The translations under genes and the position numbers were made by a program. Below the pieces are notes generated by a model, which was not told the DNA's origin, ran no database searches, and worked only from the letters and a program-made list of their open reading frames with translations. 47,070 nt of DNA, from assembly GCA_963820595.1 (NCBI GenBank), contig CAWGAO010000007.1:1-47070 (forward strand), read 5' to 3'. Shown in pieces: positions 10,649-21,577 of the stretch; positions within the stretch are counted from its first letter, which is position 1; every line of letters starts with the position of its first letter. The DNA is from Candidatus Tagabacteria bacterium. GTDB taxonomy: Bacteria > Patescibacteriota > Minisyncoccia > GCA-002779875.

Positions 10649-11582
10649 TGATGATTTTCGAAATCTCGCTCCGCTCGATAAGAAAATCAATCACATTCCT
10701 GTTCTTTTAAATGAGGTAATAAAACTTTTAGATCCAAAACCCGGAGAAAAAATTTTGGATGCAACTGTTGACGGAGGCGGACATGCCATGGCAATCGCCG
10801 AAAAAGTTTCGCCTAACGGGAAAGTGATAGGGATAGACCAAGATGAATTCATTCTGGAAGAGCTCAAGGGAAAAATTGAAAAAGGCGCCAACGCCCAAAA
10901 TTTCATTTTAATAAACGGGAACTTCCGAGACGTTGATAAGCTCCTGCAATCTCTGAAGATTAAATCATTGGACGGGGGATTGTATGATTTGGGCATGAGC
11001 TCGCTTCAGATGGAGGAATCTGGAAGGGGATTTACTTTTTTAAAAGACGAACCGCTTTTAATGAACTACAAATTTCCCATAAATCCGGGAGATCTAACTG
11101 CCGAAGAGATTCTTAATACTTGGTCCGAAAAAGAAATTGCCGATATCATTTTTCGCTACGGAGAAGAGCGATATGCGAGGCGCATTGCGAGGAACATAAT
11201 TGAGAAAAGGCAGAAACATCCCCTAAAAAGCACGTTTGAACTTGTTGATGTCATAAAAAAAAGCGTTTCTCGCCAATCATGGCATCATATCCATCCGGCA
11301 ACAAGAACTTTTCAGGCTTTACGAATCGCAGTTAATGACGAATTAAATGCCGTGCATGAGAGTCTTGAAAAGGTGTGGCAATTTTTTATTCCGGGTTCGC
11401 GTTTGGCGATAATCTCATTTCATTCTTTGGAAGACCGCATCGCTAAAAATTTTTTAAAAAATAAGGAAAAGGAGGGTTCGGCAGAAATCAAAACGAAAAA
11501 GCCCGTTACGGCGTCGCTCGAAGAACTTTCTTTAAACCCTCGCTCGCGTAGCGCGAAGTTACGGGCAGCAATTAAAAAATAA
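10611..11582 (+). CDS. rsmH: 16S rRNA m4C1402 methyltransferase RsmH (true start uncertain)
   Basis: HIPVLLNE, DATVDGGGH, DLGMSSLQ, HPATRTFQALRIAVN, NPRSRSAKLR. Confidence 0.95.
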   Translation: MIKKRKNELRGRGDDFRNLAPLDKKINHIPVLLNEVIKLLDPKPGEKILDATVDGGGHAMAIAEKVSPNGKVIGIDQDEFILEELKGKIEKGANAQNFILINGNFRDVDKLLQSLKIKSLDGGLYDLGMSSLQMEESGRGFTFLKDEPLLMNYKFPINPGDLTAEEILNTWSEKEIADIIFRYGEERYARRIARNIIEKRQKHPLKSTFELVDVIKKSVSRQSWHHIHPATRTFQALRIAVNDELNAVHESLEKVWQFFIPGSRLAIISFHSLEDRIAKNFLKNKEKEGSAEIKTKKPVTASLEELSLNPRSRSAKLRAAIKK

Positions 11583-11597
11583 AAAACGATAATCATT

Positions 11598-11930
11598 ATG
11601 GTAAAATTTATTAAAAACGAAGCAGGACGGTATCAAATGGCGTTATTCGCCGCGCTTATTTCCGCTATACTTTTAATAAGTGTATTTTATATTTATTCCA
11701 TAAGTACTATAGTGATGGAGACGGTGCAACGTAATCAAAATTTTCAAAATCTTCAAGTTGTACAAAGACAATACCAAGAACTCGAAAAAAACTACCTTTC
11801 CCTTATTTCAAAGTTTAGCTTGGACTACGCCTATTCGTTGGGATTTGTTAGCGAAAATAATTCTTTGGCCTATATTTCTCGGCAAAATCCGGTAGCTCAA
11901 AACAATAGCTATGAGGAAAATATCAGATGA
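11598..11930 (+). CDS. FtsL-like cell division protein
   Basis: Single TM helix plus coiled coil, between rsmH and ftsI. Confidence 0.6.
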   Translation: MVKFIKNEAGRYQMALFAALISAILLISVFYIYSISTIVMETVQRNQNFQNLQVVQRQYQELEKNYLSLISKFSLDYAYSLGFVSENNSLAYISRQNPVAQNNSYEENIR

Positions 11931-13611
11931 TTTTACGGGGCATATCCGTATTATCGGCATCCTGTTTTTTTTAGTTGCTGGAGTTATTATTTATCGTTTA
12001 TTTTTTCTTCAAATTCTTTCCGCAGGTTATTATCGCGATATTGCTAATCGTCAATATAATATTTCTCAAAACATATCTCCCATTGCCGACCGAGGCACTA
12101 TCTATTTTCGGGAGAAAAGCGGCCAGCTTGTTTCCGCCGCCGTTATAAAAGAGGGATTTGAGGCCGTTATTAACCCATCAATTCTAAAAAATCCCGAAGA
12201 AGTTTATAAGAAAATTTCTTATATTATTCCGATAGAAAAAGAAGTTTTTCTAAAATCTGCCAAAAAAGAAAATGACGTATTTGAAATAATCGCGCATCAC
12301 TTGGAACCGGATACGGCAGACTTGATACGGAAAATGGCAATTGACGGTCTTGATGTCGTGTCGGAAGATTGGAGGTTTTATCCCGGCGGGAAGCTGGCGT
12401 CTCATGTGCTGGGATTTGTCGGATATAAAGATAATGATTTAGTCGGGCAGTACGGCATTGAAAAATCATACGAAGAATATCTAAAAGGAGCATCAGAATC
12501 TGTTAATAATTCTTTTACTGAGGCTTTCTTGGGCTTAAGTCGCGAACTTTTTTCGCAATCTTTAGAAAATAAGAAAGATGTGATTTTGACAATTGAACCG
12601 AGCATCCAGGGATTTTTGGAAATAATGCTGGAAAAAGTCCTTCGGCAGTATTCTGCCGAGAGCGCGGGCGGCATAATTATGGATCCGAAAACAGGAGAAA
12701 TATTGGCGATGGCGGCAAAACCGGATTTTGATCCGAACTTCTACAATAAAGTGGAAAATCCAGCCCTGTTTTTAAATCCTCTTGTATCAAACATTTTCGA
12801 AGTGGGATCTGTCATGAAGCCGATTACCATTGCCTCCGCGCTTGACATGGGCCGCATTACGGCTACGACAACTTATTATGACAACGGTTATCTGATTATA
12901 AATAATACGCGCATTGAGACTTATGATGCGAAAGTACGGGGGAACGTAGACATGCAGACGGTTCTTAATGAATCCTTGAATACGGGCGCCGTGTTTGCCA
13001 TGCGCCAGATGGGCAAGGAAAATTTCCGGAATTACATTTTAAATTTCGGTTTAGGTGAGAAAACAGGGGTTGACCTTTCCGATGAAGTTAAGGGAAGCGC
13101 GGCAAGCATTATAAGCAGTCCCCGTGAAATTGAGTATGCTACGGCGTCGTTTGGTCAGGGAATCGCAGTGACTCCCATTGGCTTTATTACGGCTTTTGCC
13201 GCCCTTGCCAATGGGGGTTCTCTTGTGCAACCATATATTATTGAAACGGCTGAAAATAAGCCTATAATTAGGCGACAGGTTCTTAAAAAAGAAACCAGTG
13301 AGGAAATAACCAGAATGCTTGTTAAGGTTGTGGATAAGGCGCTTTTGGGCGGTACCGTTAAAATAGAGCACTACAGCATTGCCGCTAAAACCGGAACTGC
13401 TCAAATACCACTTGAAAATCAGAAGGGTTATTCTGAAGATTACCTGCATGCCTTTATCGGTTATGCGCCCGCGTTTGATGCAAAATTTTTAACTTTTCTG
13501 TATATCAAAAGACCTCATGGGGTGAAATATGCTTCTGGTTCCCTAACTTCAGCTTTTATGGAAATTACGAAATTTTTATTAAATTATTACGAAATACCGC
13601 CGGATAGATGA
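11911..13611 (+). CDS. ftsI: Peptidoglycan transpeptidase FtsI/PBP3
   Basis: DRGTIY, EVGSVMKP (SxxK), SLN and AKTGTAQ motifs; dcw position. Confidence 0.88.
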   Translation: MRKISDDFTGHIRIIGILFFLVAGVIIYRLFFLQILSAGYYRDIANRQYNISQNISPIADRGTIYFREKSGQLVSAAVIKEGFEAVINPSILKNPEEVYKKISYIIPIEKEVFLKSAKKENDVFEIIAHHLEPDTADLIRKMAIDGLDVVSEDWRFYPGGKLASHVLGFVGYKDNDLVGQYGIEKSYEEYLKGASESVNNSFTEAFLGLSRELFSQSLENKKDVILTIEPSIQGFLEIMLEKVLRQYSAESAGGIIMDPKTGEILAMAAKPDFDPNFYNKVENPALFLNPLVSNIFEVGSVMKPITIASALDMGRITATTTYYDNGYLIINNTRIETYDAKVRGNVDMQTVLNESLNTGAVFAMRQMGKENFRNYILNFGLGEKTGVDLSDEVKGSAASIISSPREIEYATASFGQGIAVTPIGFITAFAALANGGSLVQPYIIETAENKPIIRRQVLKKETSEEITRMLVKVVDKALLGGTVKIEHYSIAAKTGTAQIPLENQKGYSEDYLHAFIGYAPAFDAKFLTFLYIKRPHGVKYASGSLTSAFMEITKFLLNYYEIPPDR

Positions 13612-13613
13612 TT

Positions 13614-13701
13614 GCGTAACGTGTAACCTGTAACGCGTAACGTAGGTTTATTAATTACGCGTTACGCATTACGCGTTACTCGTTACTCGTTACTCGTTAC
13701 T
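13614..13701. repeat. Inverted pair of 7-mer tandem arrays, (nnGTAAC)x4 and (GTTACnC)x~6
   Basis: Seen directly between ftsI and murF. Confidence 0.85.
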
Positions 13702-13707
13702 ATAATT

Positions 13708-15017
13708 ATGTTCAAATCAATTCTAAAAAAAATAATAGTGACAATTCTGACGATTGAGGCCGGATTAGTTTTGAAAAGGTATAAACCAAAAATCGTTGCC
13801 ATTACGGGAAGCGTCGGAAAAACTTCTGCCAAGGATGCCATTGCCGTGGTTCTTGGGCAAAAGTTTTTTGTCAGAAAAGCACGAAAAGCTATAATAGCGA
13901 ATTGGGCGTGCCGCTTGTCGTTTTGGGTTGCGAAACCGGCTGGCTAAACCCGTTTATCTGGCTGACTAATATTTTTAAAGGTTTCAAACTTTTAGCTGCG
14001 CCAAAAAAAATAAAATATCCCCAATGGCTGGTTTTAGAGATGGGAGTGGAACGGCCGGGAGATATGGAAAGACTTGCTTCTTTAATTAAGCCCGATATCG
14101 TCGTTTTAACAGCTCTTGCGGAAATTCCTCCCCATGTTGAATTTTTTGCCGGTCCCGAAGAATTGATTCGCGAAAAGATGAAAATCATCGCCAGGTGCGG
14201 CGTAAACGATTTCGTGGTATTAAACGGCGACGATAAGACTCTCTGCGAAGCGAAGCAAAAAATCCAAACCAAGATAATTGCTTTTGGCTTTAACGACGAT
14301 AATGATTTAAAAGCTTCTAATTATCACATTACTTATCGTCAGGAAGAATCAAGAGAAGCTCCGGAAGGCGTAACATTCAAGATAGATTATAGAGGATCGA
14401 GCGTCCCGGTCAGAATTTTCGGCGCTTTTGGCCGCCATCATGTCTATGCCGCCCTGGCCGCTCTAGGAGTAGGTCTAGCACAAGATTTTAATCTTATTGA
14501 TATCAGCGAGGCTTTAACGCAATATAAATCGCCTCCGGGGCGCCTACGCTTAGTTGAGGGTAATAAAAATACGTATATTCTGGACGATACGTATAATGCT
14601 TCTCCTAAAGCCGTTCACGCGGCTCTGGACACTCTGGCAGACTTGCCTGCCGCAGGCAGGAAAATCGCAGTGCTGGGCGATATGCTGGAATTAGGAAAAT
14701 ATACGGTTCAGGCGCATAAAGTCGTGGGCGACCGAGCCGGTAAAGTTGCTGATATTATTTTTGTCGTTGGTCCGCGGGCAAAATTTATTGCCGAAGAAGC
14801 AAAAGAACAGGGCTTTGATCCGAAAAATATTTTTGAATTTTCGACTTCGGCAGAAGCCGGCAAGCCGCTTCAAGAGATAATAAAAGAAGGAGATCTGATT
14901 CTCGTGAAAGGTTCGCAATCAATGAGAATGGAAAAAATCGTCGAGGAAATAATGGCTCATCCCGAAGATAAAGAAAAACTGCTTGTGCGGCAAGAAAAAG
15001 AGTGGTCCCGACGTTAA
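13708..15017 (+). CDS. murF: UDP-MurNAc-tripeptide D-Ala-D-Ala ligase (frameshift near 13880)
   Basis: AITGSVGKTS, LEMGVERPGD, DDTYNASP, VLGDMLELG, VKGSQ. Confidence 0.92.
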
Positions 15018-15177
15018 TTTATTAACGTCGAGGATCCTCGATTTTTCAGTCCCGCGAATGCGGAACGAAAAATCGGGAAAAAATAAGTAATTTTATAAAT
15101 AAATGGCCCTATCGTCTAGCGGTCTAGGACACCCCGAAGGAGTCGCCTGTGGCGACCCTACGGGGCAGGCATGGTTC

Positions 15178-15368
15178 CTTGCCCCGCACTGAAATTTTGC
15201 TAAACTAAAATCAATTAATTATCACAACCTTGTAATACTATTTAAGTTTGCCGCTATCGTCTAGTTTGGTCTAGGACATCTGGTTCTCATCCAGAAAACA
15301 TCGGTTCAAATCCGATTAGCGGTACATTGAAAAAGAGTAAATATTTTCGCAAAATTTCTAGTGCGGGG
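15178..15368. mobile_element. Inverted-repeat element CCCCGCACTGAAATTTTGC...GCAAAATTTCTAGTGCGGGG carrying a tRNA gene
   Basis: ~19-bp terminal inverted repeat; ends resemble the 26945-27003 element. Confidence 0.75.
15250..15324 (+). tRNA. tRNA-Glu (anticodon CTC), intact, CCA not encoded
   Basis: Acceptor stem GCCGCTA/TAGCGGT; anticodon arm TCTGG-TTCTCAT-CCAGA; T arm ATCGG-TTCAAAT-CCGAT. Confidence 0.92.
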
Positions 15369-15416
15369 TCATCCATGAAACCCGGGTTCGAATCCCGGTG
15401 GCGCTACAAATTTAAA

Positions 15417-16253
15417 CTAAATACTATTCAAAAACCCAGAAATTATTTCGGCTGTTTCTTGGGGTTTTTCTTCGGGAGGTATGTGGCCGCATTGCGGTAT
15501 AATCGTCAGTTCTGAATTTGGAATGTCTTGCGCAAGCCGTTGGCCGATTGAGAGGGGAATAATTTTGTCATTTTCACCCCAAATTAAAAGCGTGGGGACA
15601 TTAATTTCCGGATATTTTGAAACTATTTCGTTTGCATTTTTCGGCATTATTTTTTTTGCCGTTTCAATTAAAGCATGGTAACTTCCGGCCGAATCGAGGA
15701 AGTCGCCGTAATTTTTAATAATTTCATCCGTAATCTTTGTATCGTCAAAAAAGCATCTCTTTAGCGACATCCTGGTTCTGAAATGCGCTGGAAGGATTGC
15801 AAGAAGCATTTCGTTTAAGACAGGTATCTTTAATATTTTCATAAATTCCGGTAAGCGCTGCTTGTAAGCGGGATTGTCTATCAGGATAAGGCCCTTTACG
15901 GGATTAATTTTTTCCTTCATCAATTTGAGAAACGTAAGTAAAGTTATTGCGCCGCCCATGGAGTGGCCGACTAAAACAAGATTTCGAAGATTGTTTTTTT
16001 TGATAAAGTCAAAAATAATGTCGGCTTGGTCGCTGATTGCGTATTTCTTGTCCAACGGTTTGTCGGATAAACCGAATCCTTTAAGGTCTATCAGGAAAAG
16101 TTTATTTTTAGTTGCGAGAGTTTTTGAAATTGCATTCCATGTGCGCGAGGATGAACCGAAGCCATGGAGAAAAACCATCGGGTCGCCGCTGCCTGTTTCA
16201 TAGTAATTTATTTTTACTCCGTTATAATGGAAAATTTTCGATTCTATCGGCAT
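15417..16253 (-). CDS. Alpha/beta fold hydrolase
   Basis: HGFG oxyanion motif, GHSMGG nucleophile elbow, WGENDKI and CGHIP. Confidence 0.92.
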   Translation of the reverse strand: MPIESKIFHYNGVKINYYETGSGDPMVFLHGFGSSSRTWNAISKTLATKNKLFLIDLKGFGLSDKPLDKKYAISDQADIIFDFIKKNNLRNLVLVGHSMGGAITLLTFLKLMKEKINPVKGLILIDNPAYKQRLPEFMKILKIPVLNEMLLAILPAHFRTRMSLKRCFFDDTKITDEIIKNYGDFLDSAGSYHALIETAKKIMPKNANEIVSKYPEINVPTLLIWGENDKIIPLSIGQRLAQDIPNSELTIIPQCGHIPPEEKPQETAEIISGFLNSI

Positions 16254-16342
16254 GATAATAAGTCTATTATACGTGGTTTTTCAATAATTTGAAGGAGCCG
16301 GTTTAATTGAAACTGCCTTAAAATAAGGTATAATTATGAATA

Positions 16343-19047
16343 ATGAACGGAAAAGAGATTTTTTGGCATGCTTTATCTCTTCCGGAAGTTGAGAAAGAAT
16401 TAAGCGCAAATTTTAAAGAAGGATTAAAAGAAACCGAGGTGAAAGAACGCCATCGGCTTTTTGGTTTGAACGTCCTCAAAGAAGAAAAGTCCCATTCTTC
16501 TTTTCGCCTGTTTTTAAGGCAGTTTGAAAGCCCCTTGATTTACATTTTAGTTATTGCCGGCGTCATCACTTTATTTTTAAAAGATTATACCGACAGCGCC
16601 GTTATCTGGGTTACAGTTTTTTTAAATGTCGTTATCGGGTTTTTCCAGGAGAAAAAAGCGTCAAAGATTTTAAGCGAACTTCAAAAAATCATCAAGGTAA
16701 AGGCCTATGTTATCAGAGAAGGGAATGAAAAAGAAATAGATCAATCCGAAACCGCGCCGGGAGACGTCTTTCTTTTAAGGCCGGGTTATAAAGTTCCCGC
16801 TGACGGAAGATCGATAGAATCTTTCCATTTAAAAATTAATGAGGCGGTTTTGACCGGGGAGTGGATGCCTGCCGAAAAAGAAATCCGCGTTCTTGATGAA
16901 AAAACGCCGCTGGCAGACAGGGATAATATGGTCTATATGGGCTGCATTGTTGAAGAAGGGCAGGGAATGGCAGTGGCGACCGCAACCGCTAAAAAGACCG
17001 AAATCGGAAAAATCTCCGCGCTTGTTGAAAACGCCGAAGAAGAAAAAACGCCTTATCAGATCCGAGTGAAACAATTGAGTAAATTCATTAGCATTCTTAT
17101 CAGCGCTATTTCCATCCTGATTTTTATTTTAGGAGTTTTACGGGGCATAGATTTATTTCAAATGTTTGCTACGGCGGTGGCCGTTGCCGTCGGAGCCATT
17201 CCCGAAGGATTGCCGATAGCGATAACGGTTACTCTGGCTCTTGGCATGCAGAGGATTTTGAAAAAAAGAGGGTTGGTAAGGCAAATAGCTGCGGCCGAAA
17301 CTCTCGGCAGCACCTCAATTATCTGTACGGATAAAACCGGAACCTTGACCGAAGGTAAAATGCAAGTTTCCGGAATTTTTACGGGGCAAAAAGAACTTCT
17401 TTCCGACGGCAAAAAATATTCGGAGGAAATCGACAAAGACGGAATCGAATCCCATATTTCAGTTCTTAAAATCGCCCTTTTCTGCAATGACGCTTTTATC
17501 GAGAATCCGGATGAACCGCTTGAAAAATGGATTATTCGTGGCGGCCGACGGAAAAAGCCCTGCTTTTAGCTGGAATACAAGCGGGTCTTAATAAGAAAGA
17601 ATTGTATGAGGCCGAACCGAAAATTGAAGAAAGATTATTCGATCCCGGCCGTAAATTCGCGGCCAGTCTCCATCGGCTTTCGTCCGAAAAAAACATTCTT
17701 TATCTGGTCGGTGCGCCGGAAGTCGCGCTCAAAATGTCGAAATTTTTGGATGTTGACGGACGCGAAGAGTTTCTTTCCTTGGAAAAAAGGAAAGAACTAA
17801 AAGAAAAAGTAGAACAATTAGCGGGTAAAGGCCAGCGGGTTATGGCGACCGCTTACAGAAAAATAGAAAATTCGGAAATGAACGCGCCGAAATACTGTAT
17901 TGATGATTTTTACAATAATTTGACTTTCACCGGCTTAATTGCTTTTCATGACCCCATTAGAAATGAAGTCAAAGAAGCGATTAAAATTTGCCGATCAGCG
18001 GGAATGAGACCGATTATCGTAACAGGTGACCATAAGATGACGGCTAGGGCAATAGCGTTAGGATTAGGTCTGCCGGCGGAGGAAAAAAATATCATTGAAG
18101 GATTCGAACTTGAAGTTTTAAGCGACGAGGAATTTAAGAAAAAATTAAGCGACATAGAAATTTATAGCCGCGTTGAGCCTAAACAAAAATTAAGAATTAT
18201 TCAGGCTTGGCAGGAAAAAGGCGAGGTAGTAGCAATGACCGGAGACGGCATAAATGACGCTCCGGCGCTCAAAAAAGCGCACATCGGAATCGCGCTGGGT
18301 TCAGGCACTGACGCGGCCAAAGAAGTTTCCGATTTGGTTCTTTTAACCGATAACTTCTCCGTTATTGTTGCCGCCGTCGCCGAAGGAAGAGCCATCATCG
18401 ATAATATCCGGAAGATACTTACGCTGTTAATTTCCGAATCTTTTTCCGAAATAATCCTGGTGGGAACGAGCGTTATCGCCGGTCTGCCCCTTCCTCTTTT
18501 GCCGGCCCAGATTCTATGGGCGAATTTGATTGAAGATACTCCGCAAGGAATCGCCCTAGCTTTCGAGCCGAAGGAAAAGAACATAATGAAGAGAAAACCG
18601 GAGCATTTGAATAGTCCGCTTTTAACCCGTCAGATGAGAATAATCATATTCGGCTTCGGAATCGTTACCAATGTATTCCTTATCGGTTTATTTCTGTGGT
18701 TTCTCCAAAAAGGCGTTGCTATTCGGGAAGTCAGGACGATGGTTTTTGCCGCTTTGGCGGTTGACAGTCTTTTTTACGCTTTTGCCTGCAAGAATTTGAG
18801 AAAAAACATCTGGCAATATAATCCTTTTTCTAATTTTTATTTAGTCGCGTCAATTATTTTTAGCGTGGCAATGCTTTTAACCGCGATTTATTTGCCGATA
18901 TTTCAAGAACTGTTAAAAACTCAAGCGCTCGATTTTTCCAAATGGGTTTTGCTTTTCGGCTTGGCAATGATAAAATTGATATTAATCGAAGCTATCAAGC
19001 GGTATTTTATCGTCAAAGAAAATAATAATAAAAATAAAACGCCATGA
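16343..19047 (+). CDS. Cation-transporting P-type ATPase (P2A, Ca2+-like; frameshift near 17540)
   Basis: IPEGLP, CTDKTGTLT, TGDH, MTGDGINDAPALK, QILWANLIED. Confidence 0.92.
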
Positions 19048-19290
19048 TTTAGGCACACATTATTATTTATAACGGGGTGAACTTATTTAAAATCATTAAA
19101 TAATATATCCTTAACGCGTCTAAAATCAATAATATTGTCTAAATTACTTTAAAACATTTTCGGAAATGTCGCCCTCTATGAATCCTCGTTACGACCTAAT
19201 TCGTGGCTAACAATTATGAGTCTTGAATGACAGGGATACGGATCTTCTTTCTGCAAATACCATGAAAATTTCTGGAACGGAAAAAATGAT

Positions 19291-20331
19291 ATGAACCATC
19301 AAAAATCAGAACTTTATTTTTTACTCATTCTCCTCTCAGGAATTTTTGTCCTTGCCTTTTTTATTTTTAAGCCTTTCCTCTACGCGCTTATCTTGGCAAT
19401 AGTTTTTGCAACCGTTTTTGGACCGGTTCACAAAAGGGCTCTCATGATTACGCGAGAGAGAAAGGGCTTGGCGGCGCTACTTGCCACCGTCTCCGTTCTT
19501 GTCGTCGTTATCGTGCCTCTCGCATTTTTAGGCATACAGATTTTTCAGGAAGCAGTAGGGCTTTACTCCTCTCTTGCACAAAACGGCGGCGCAACTGATT
19601 TTTCTCGCGGCGTGGGTGATACCATACAGAGCCTCACAAAATTTTCTCCTGTGCCGATAGAATTCTCCGTTGATGTTAACCAATACTTGCGGCAGGGATT
19701 AAGCTGGCTGCTCCAGCATCTCGGCCCTCTTTTTGCGAATGTTGCAAAAGCAATAGTGGGCATCTTTATATTTCTTGTCGCTCTGTATTACTTGTTTAAG
19801 GATGGTCACAAACTCAAAAAGGCGGTTGTCGCGTTAAGCCCCTTAGAAGATATTCATAATGAAACAATTCTTAACAAACTCGCATTGGCGATTAATTCAA
19901 TCATCAAGGGGAATCTTGCGGTGGCGCTTGTTCAAGGCATACTAACCGCGGTCGGATTCGCTATTTTCGGAGTTCCCAATGCGGTGCTGTGGGGTAGTGT
20001 TGCGTCCATCGCCGCGTTAATCCCCGGCATTGGAACGGCCTTGGTGCTTATTCCGGCAATTCTCTACCTTTTCTTTAGCGGAGAGACGCTTTTCGCGGCC
20101 GGCCTTCTTCTTTGGGGAGTGACAGCGGTGGGACTCGTTGACAACTTTTTGGGACCGAAACTCGTTGAACGGGGAATGCGGCTTCACCCATTTCTTATTC
20201 TTCTTTCTATCTTGGGCGGTATCGGCTTTTTCGGGCCCCTCGGATTCTTATTGGGGCCGCTCGTCCTTAGCTTACTCTTTGCTCTCCTTGAGATTTATTT
20301 CGCTATTAGTAAAGAACACGAAAGTCAATAA
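19291..20331 (+). CDS. AI-2E family transporter
   Basis: Multi-TM protein with IPGIGTALV, VDNFLGPKL, LHPFLILLSILGG and GFLLGP. Confidence 0.9.
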   Translation: MNHQKSELYFLLILLSGIFVLAFFIFKPFLYALILAIVFATVFGPVHKRALMITRERKGLAALLATVSVLVVVIVPLAFLGIQIFQEAVGLYSSLAQNGGATDFSRGVGDTIQSLTKFSPVPIEFSVDVNQYLRQGLSWLLQHLGPLFANVAKAIVGIFIFLVALYYLFKDGHKLKKAVVALSPLEDIHNETILNKLALAINSIIKGNLAVALVQGILTAVGFAIFGVPNAVLWGSVASIAALIPGIGTALVLIPAILYLFFSGETLFAAGLLLWGVTAVGLVDNFLGPKLVERGMRLHPFLILLSILGGIGFFGPLGFLLGPLVLSLLFALLEIYFAISKEHESQ

Positions 20332-20349
20332 ATTTATCGCAATGTAACC

Positions 20350-20439
20350 ATGTCTGGCAAAGTCAAAAAAATCATCTTTATCATCATTATCGCCTTGCTT
20401 CTCTTTGTTTTTGCTTTGCCTTTAGCGGTTGGTTATTAA
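20350..20439 (+). CDS. Possible 29-aa single-TM small protein
   Basis: MSGKVKKIIFIIIIALLLFVFALPLAVGY*: basic N-terminus then a hydrophobic helix; below the ORF-track cutoff. Confidence 0.35.
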   Translation: MSGKVKKIIFIIIIALLLFVFALPLAVGY

Positions 20440-20562
20440 TAAGCGAAAAAAGCCTGCTTGCCGATAGGCAGGGAGAAATAATCGGCGTAATTTTTTTAAC
20501 CCATCAACGGAATATTGCTATAATAATTCCATTAAAAAAGAATTAAAGAATATAAATAGCGC

Positions 20563-21524
20563 ATGATTTGGACTCACATTTTTGTTTTCGTTATTTCTTG
20601 TATTGTTCTGGCATTATCCGGAAAATGGATGGTTACGGCTTTAGCAAGGATAGCCAAATTTTTAGGATGGCGGGAATTCGTCGCCGCGTTCATTATAATC
20701 GCGTTCGGGACATCTATCCCGAATCTTTTTGTCGGCATCATTTCTGCTCTTAATAAAATTCCAGAGCTTTCTTTCGGCGATATTATCGGCGGCAATGTGA
20801 CTGATTTGACGTTAGTTATCGCTTTGGCGGCTTTTATAGCAGGTGGGATTTCCACGGATAGCAAAACGGTCCGTTCTTCTTCGCTTTTTACCCTTTTCAT
20901 CGCGATACTTCCGTTGATACTGGCTTTTGATGGCGTTATTTCCAGAGTCGACGGTATGATTTTGATAATGGCCTTCTTCGTTTATATCTGGTGGCTTTTT
21001 TCAAAAGAGGAAAGCGTTTCACTAGAATTTATGACCATACGGCCGAAAAGGAATCCGTAAAAAGCCTTAAAGTTTTTTTTAAAGATTTGGGAATATTGCT
21101 TGCTGGTTTAGCTTTACTACTTTTAAGCGCCGAAGTAATTGTCAGGTCTGCTTCTTATCTTTCCACAAGTTTAGGCGTGTCGATAGTTTCAATCGGCCTT
21201 TTGATTGTTGCGTTGGGTAATTGTTTACCCGAAACTTATTTTTCGATAGCTTCCGCAAAAGCCGGCAAAACCTGGATGATACTCGGAACCCAGATGGGCT
21301 CGGTAATAATGTGCGCCACGCTGGTATTAGGCGTTGTGGCCTTGATTTGTCCTATTCGTATTTCAAATTTTTCACCTTTCGCCGCCGCGCGCTTTTTTAT
21401 GATGGTTTCCGCGCTGTTTTTTCTTATTTTTCTCCGTACCGACCGGAAAATTACCCGAAAGGAGGGAATGTTTTTACTTTTACTTTATATCGCTTTCCTT
21501 ATGGTAGAAATTTTATTAAGATAA
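20563..21524 (+). CDS. Sodium/calcium exchanger, CaCA/YrbG-like (frameshift near 21010)
   Basis: Alpha repeats AFGTSIPNL...GDIIGGN and ALGNCLPE. Confidence 0.88.
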
Positions 21525-21577
21525 GGCATTTGCCCACGATTTGGAGTATAGCGACAAATTGTGGTTGCAAAACCTTA
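21522..21577. repeat. Stop-codon-associated hairpin element, copy 2
   Basis: TAAGGCATTTGCCCACGATTTG...CAAATTGTGGTTGCAAAACCTTA starts at the antiporter TAA. Confidence 0.75.

Larger units (their letters stand above)
15105..15406 (+). pseudogene. Outer tRNA-Glu(CTC), interrupted by two insertions (15132-15169 and 15178-15368)
   Basis: Joining 15105-15131 + 15170-15177 + 15369-15406 gives GGCCCTATCGTCTAGCGGTCTAGGACA-CATGG-TTCTCAT-CCATG-AAAC-CCGGG-TTCGAAT-CCCGG-TGGCGCTA, a cloverleaf with one C:C acceptor-stem mismatch. Confidence 0.75.

Noticed and set aside
10645-10665. GDDFRN in the RsmH N-terminal extension as another DDFRT att site
   Set aside because: It lacks the CTCGCT-N6-GAC context and the downstream LxW, and it is explained by the junction of two local hairpin elements.
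19060-19215. Additional complete CCCGTTAG-type element near the ATPase 3' end
   Set aside because: Only isolated, degenerate half-ends (TAACGGGGTGA; ATGAATCCTCGTTA) in the wrong order to form one element.
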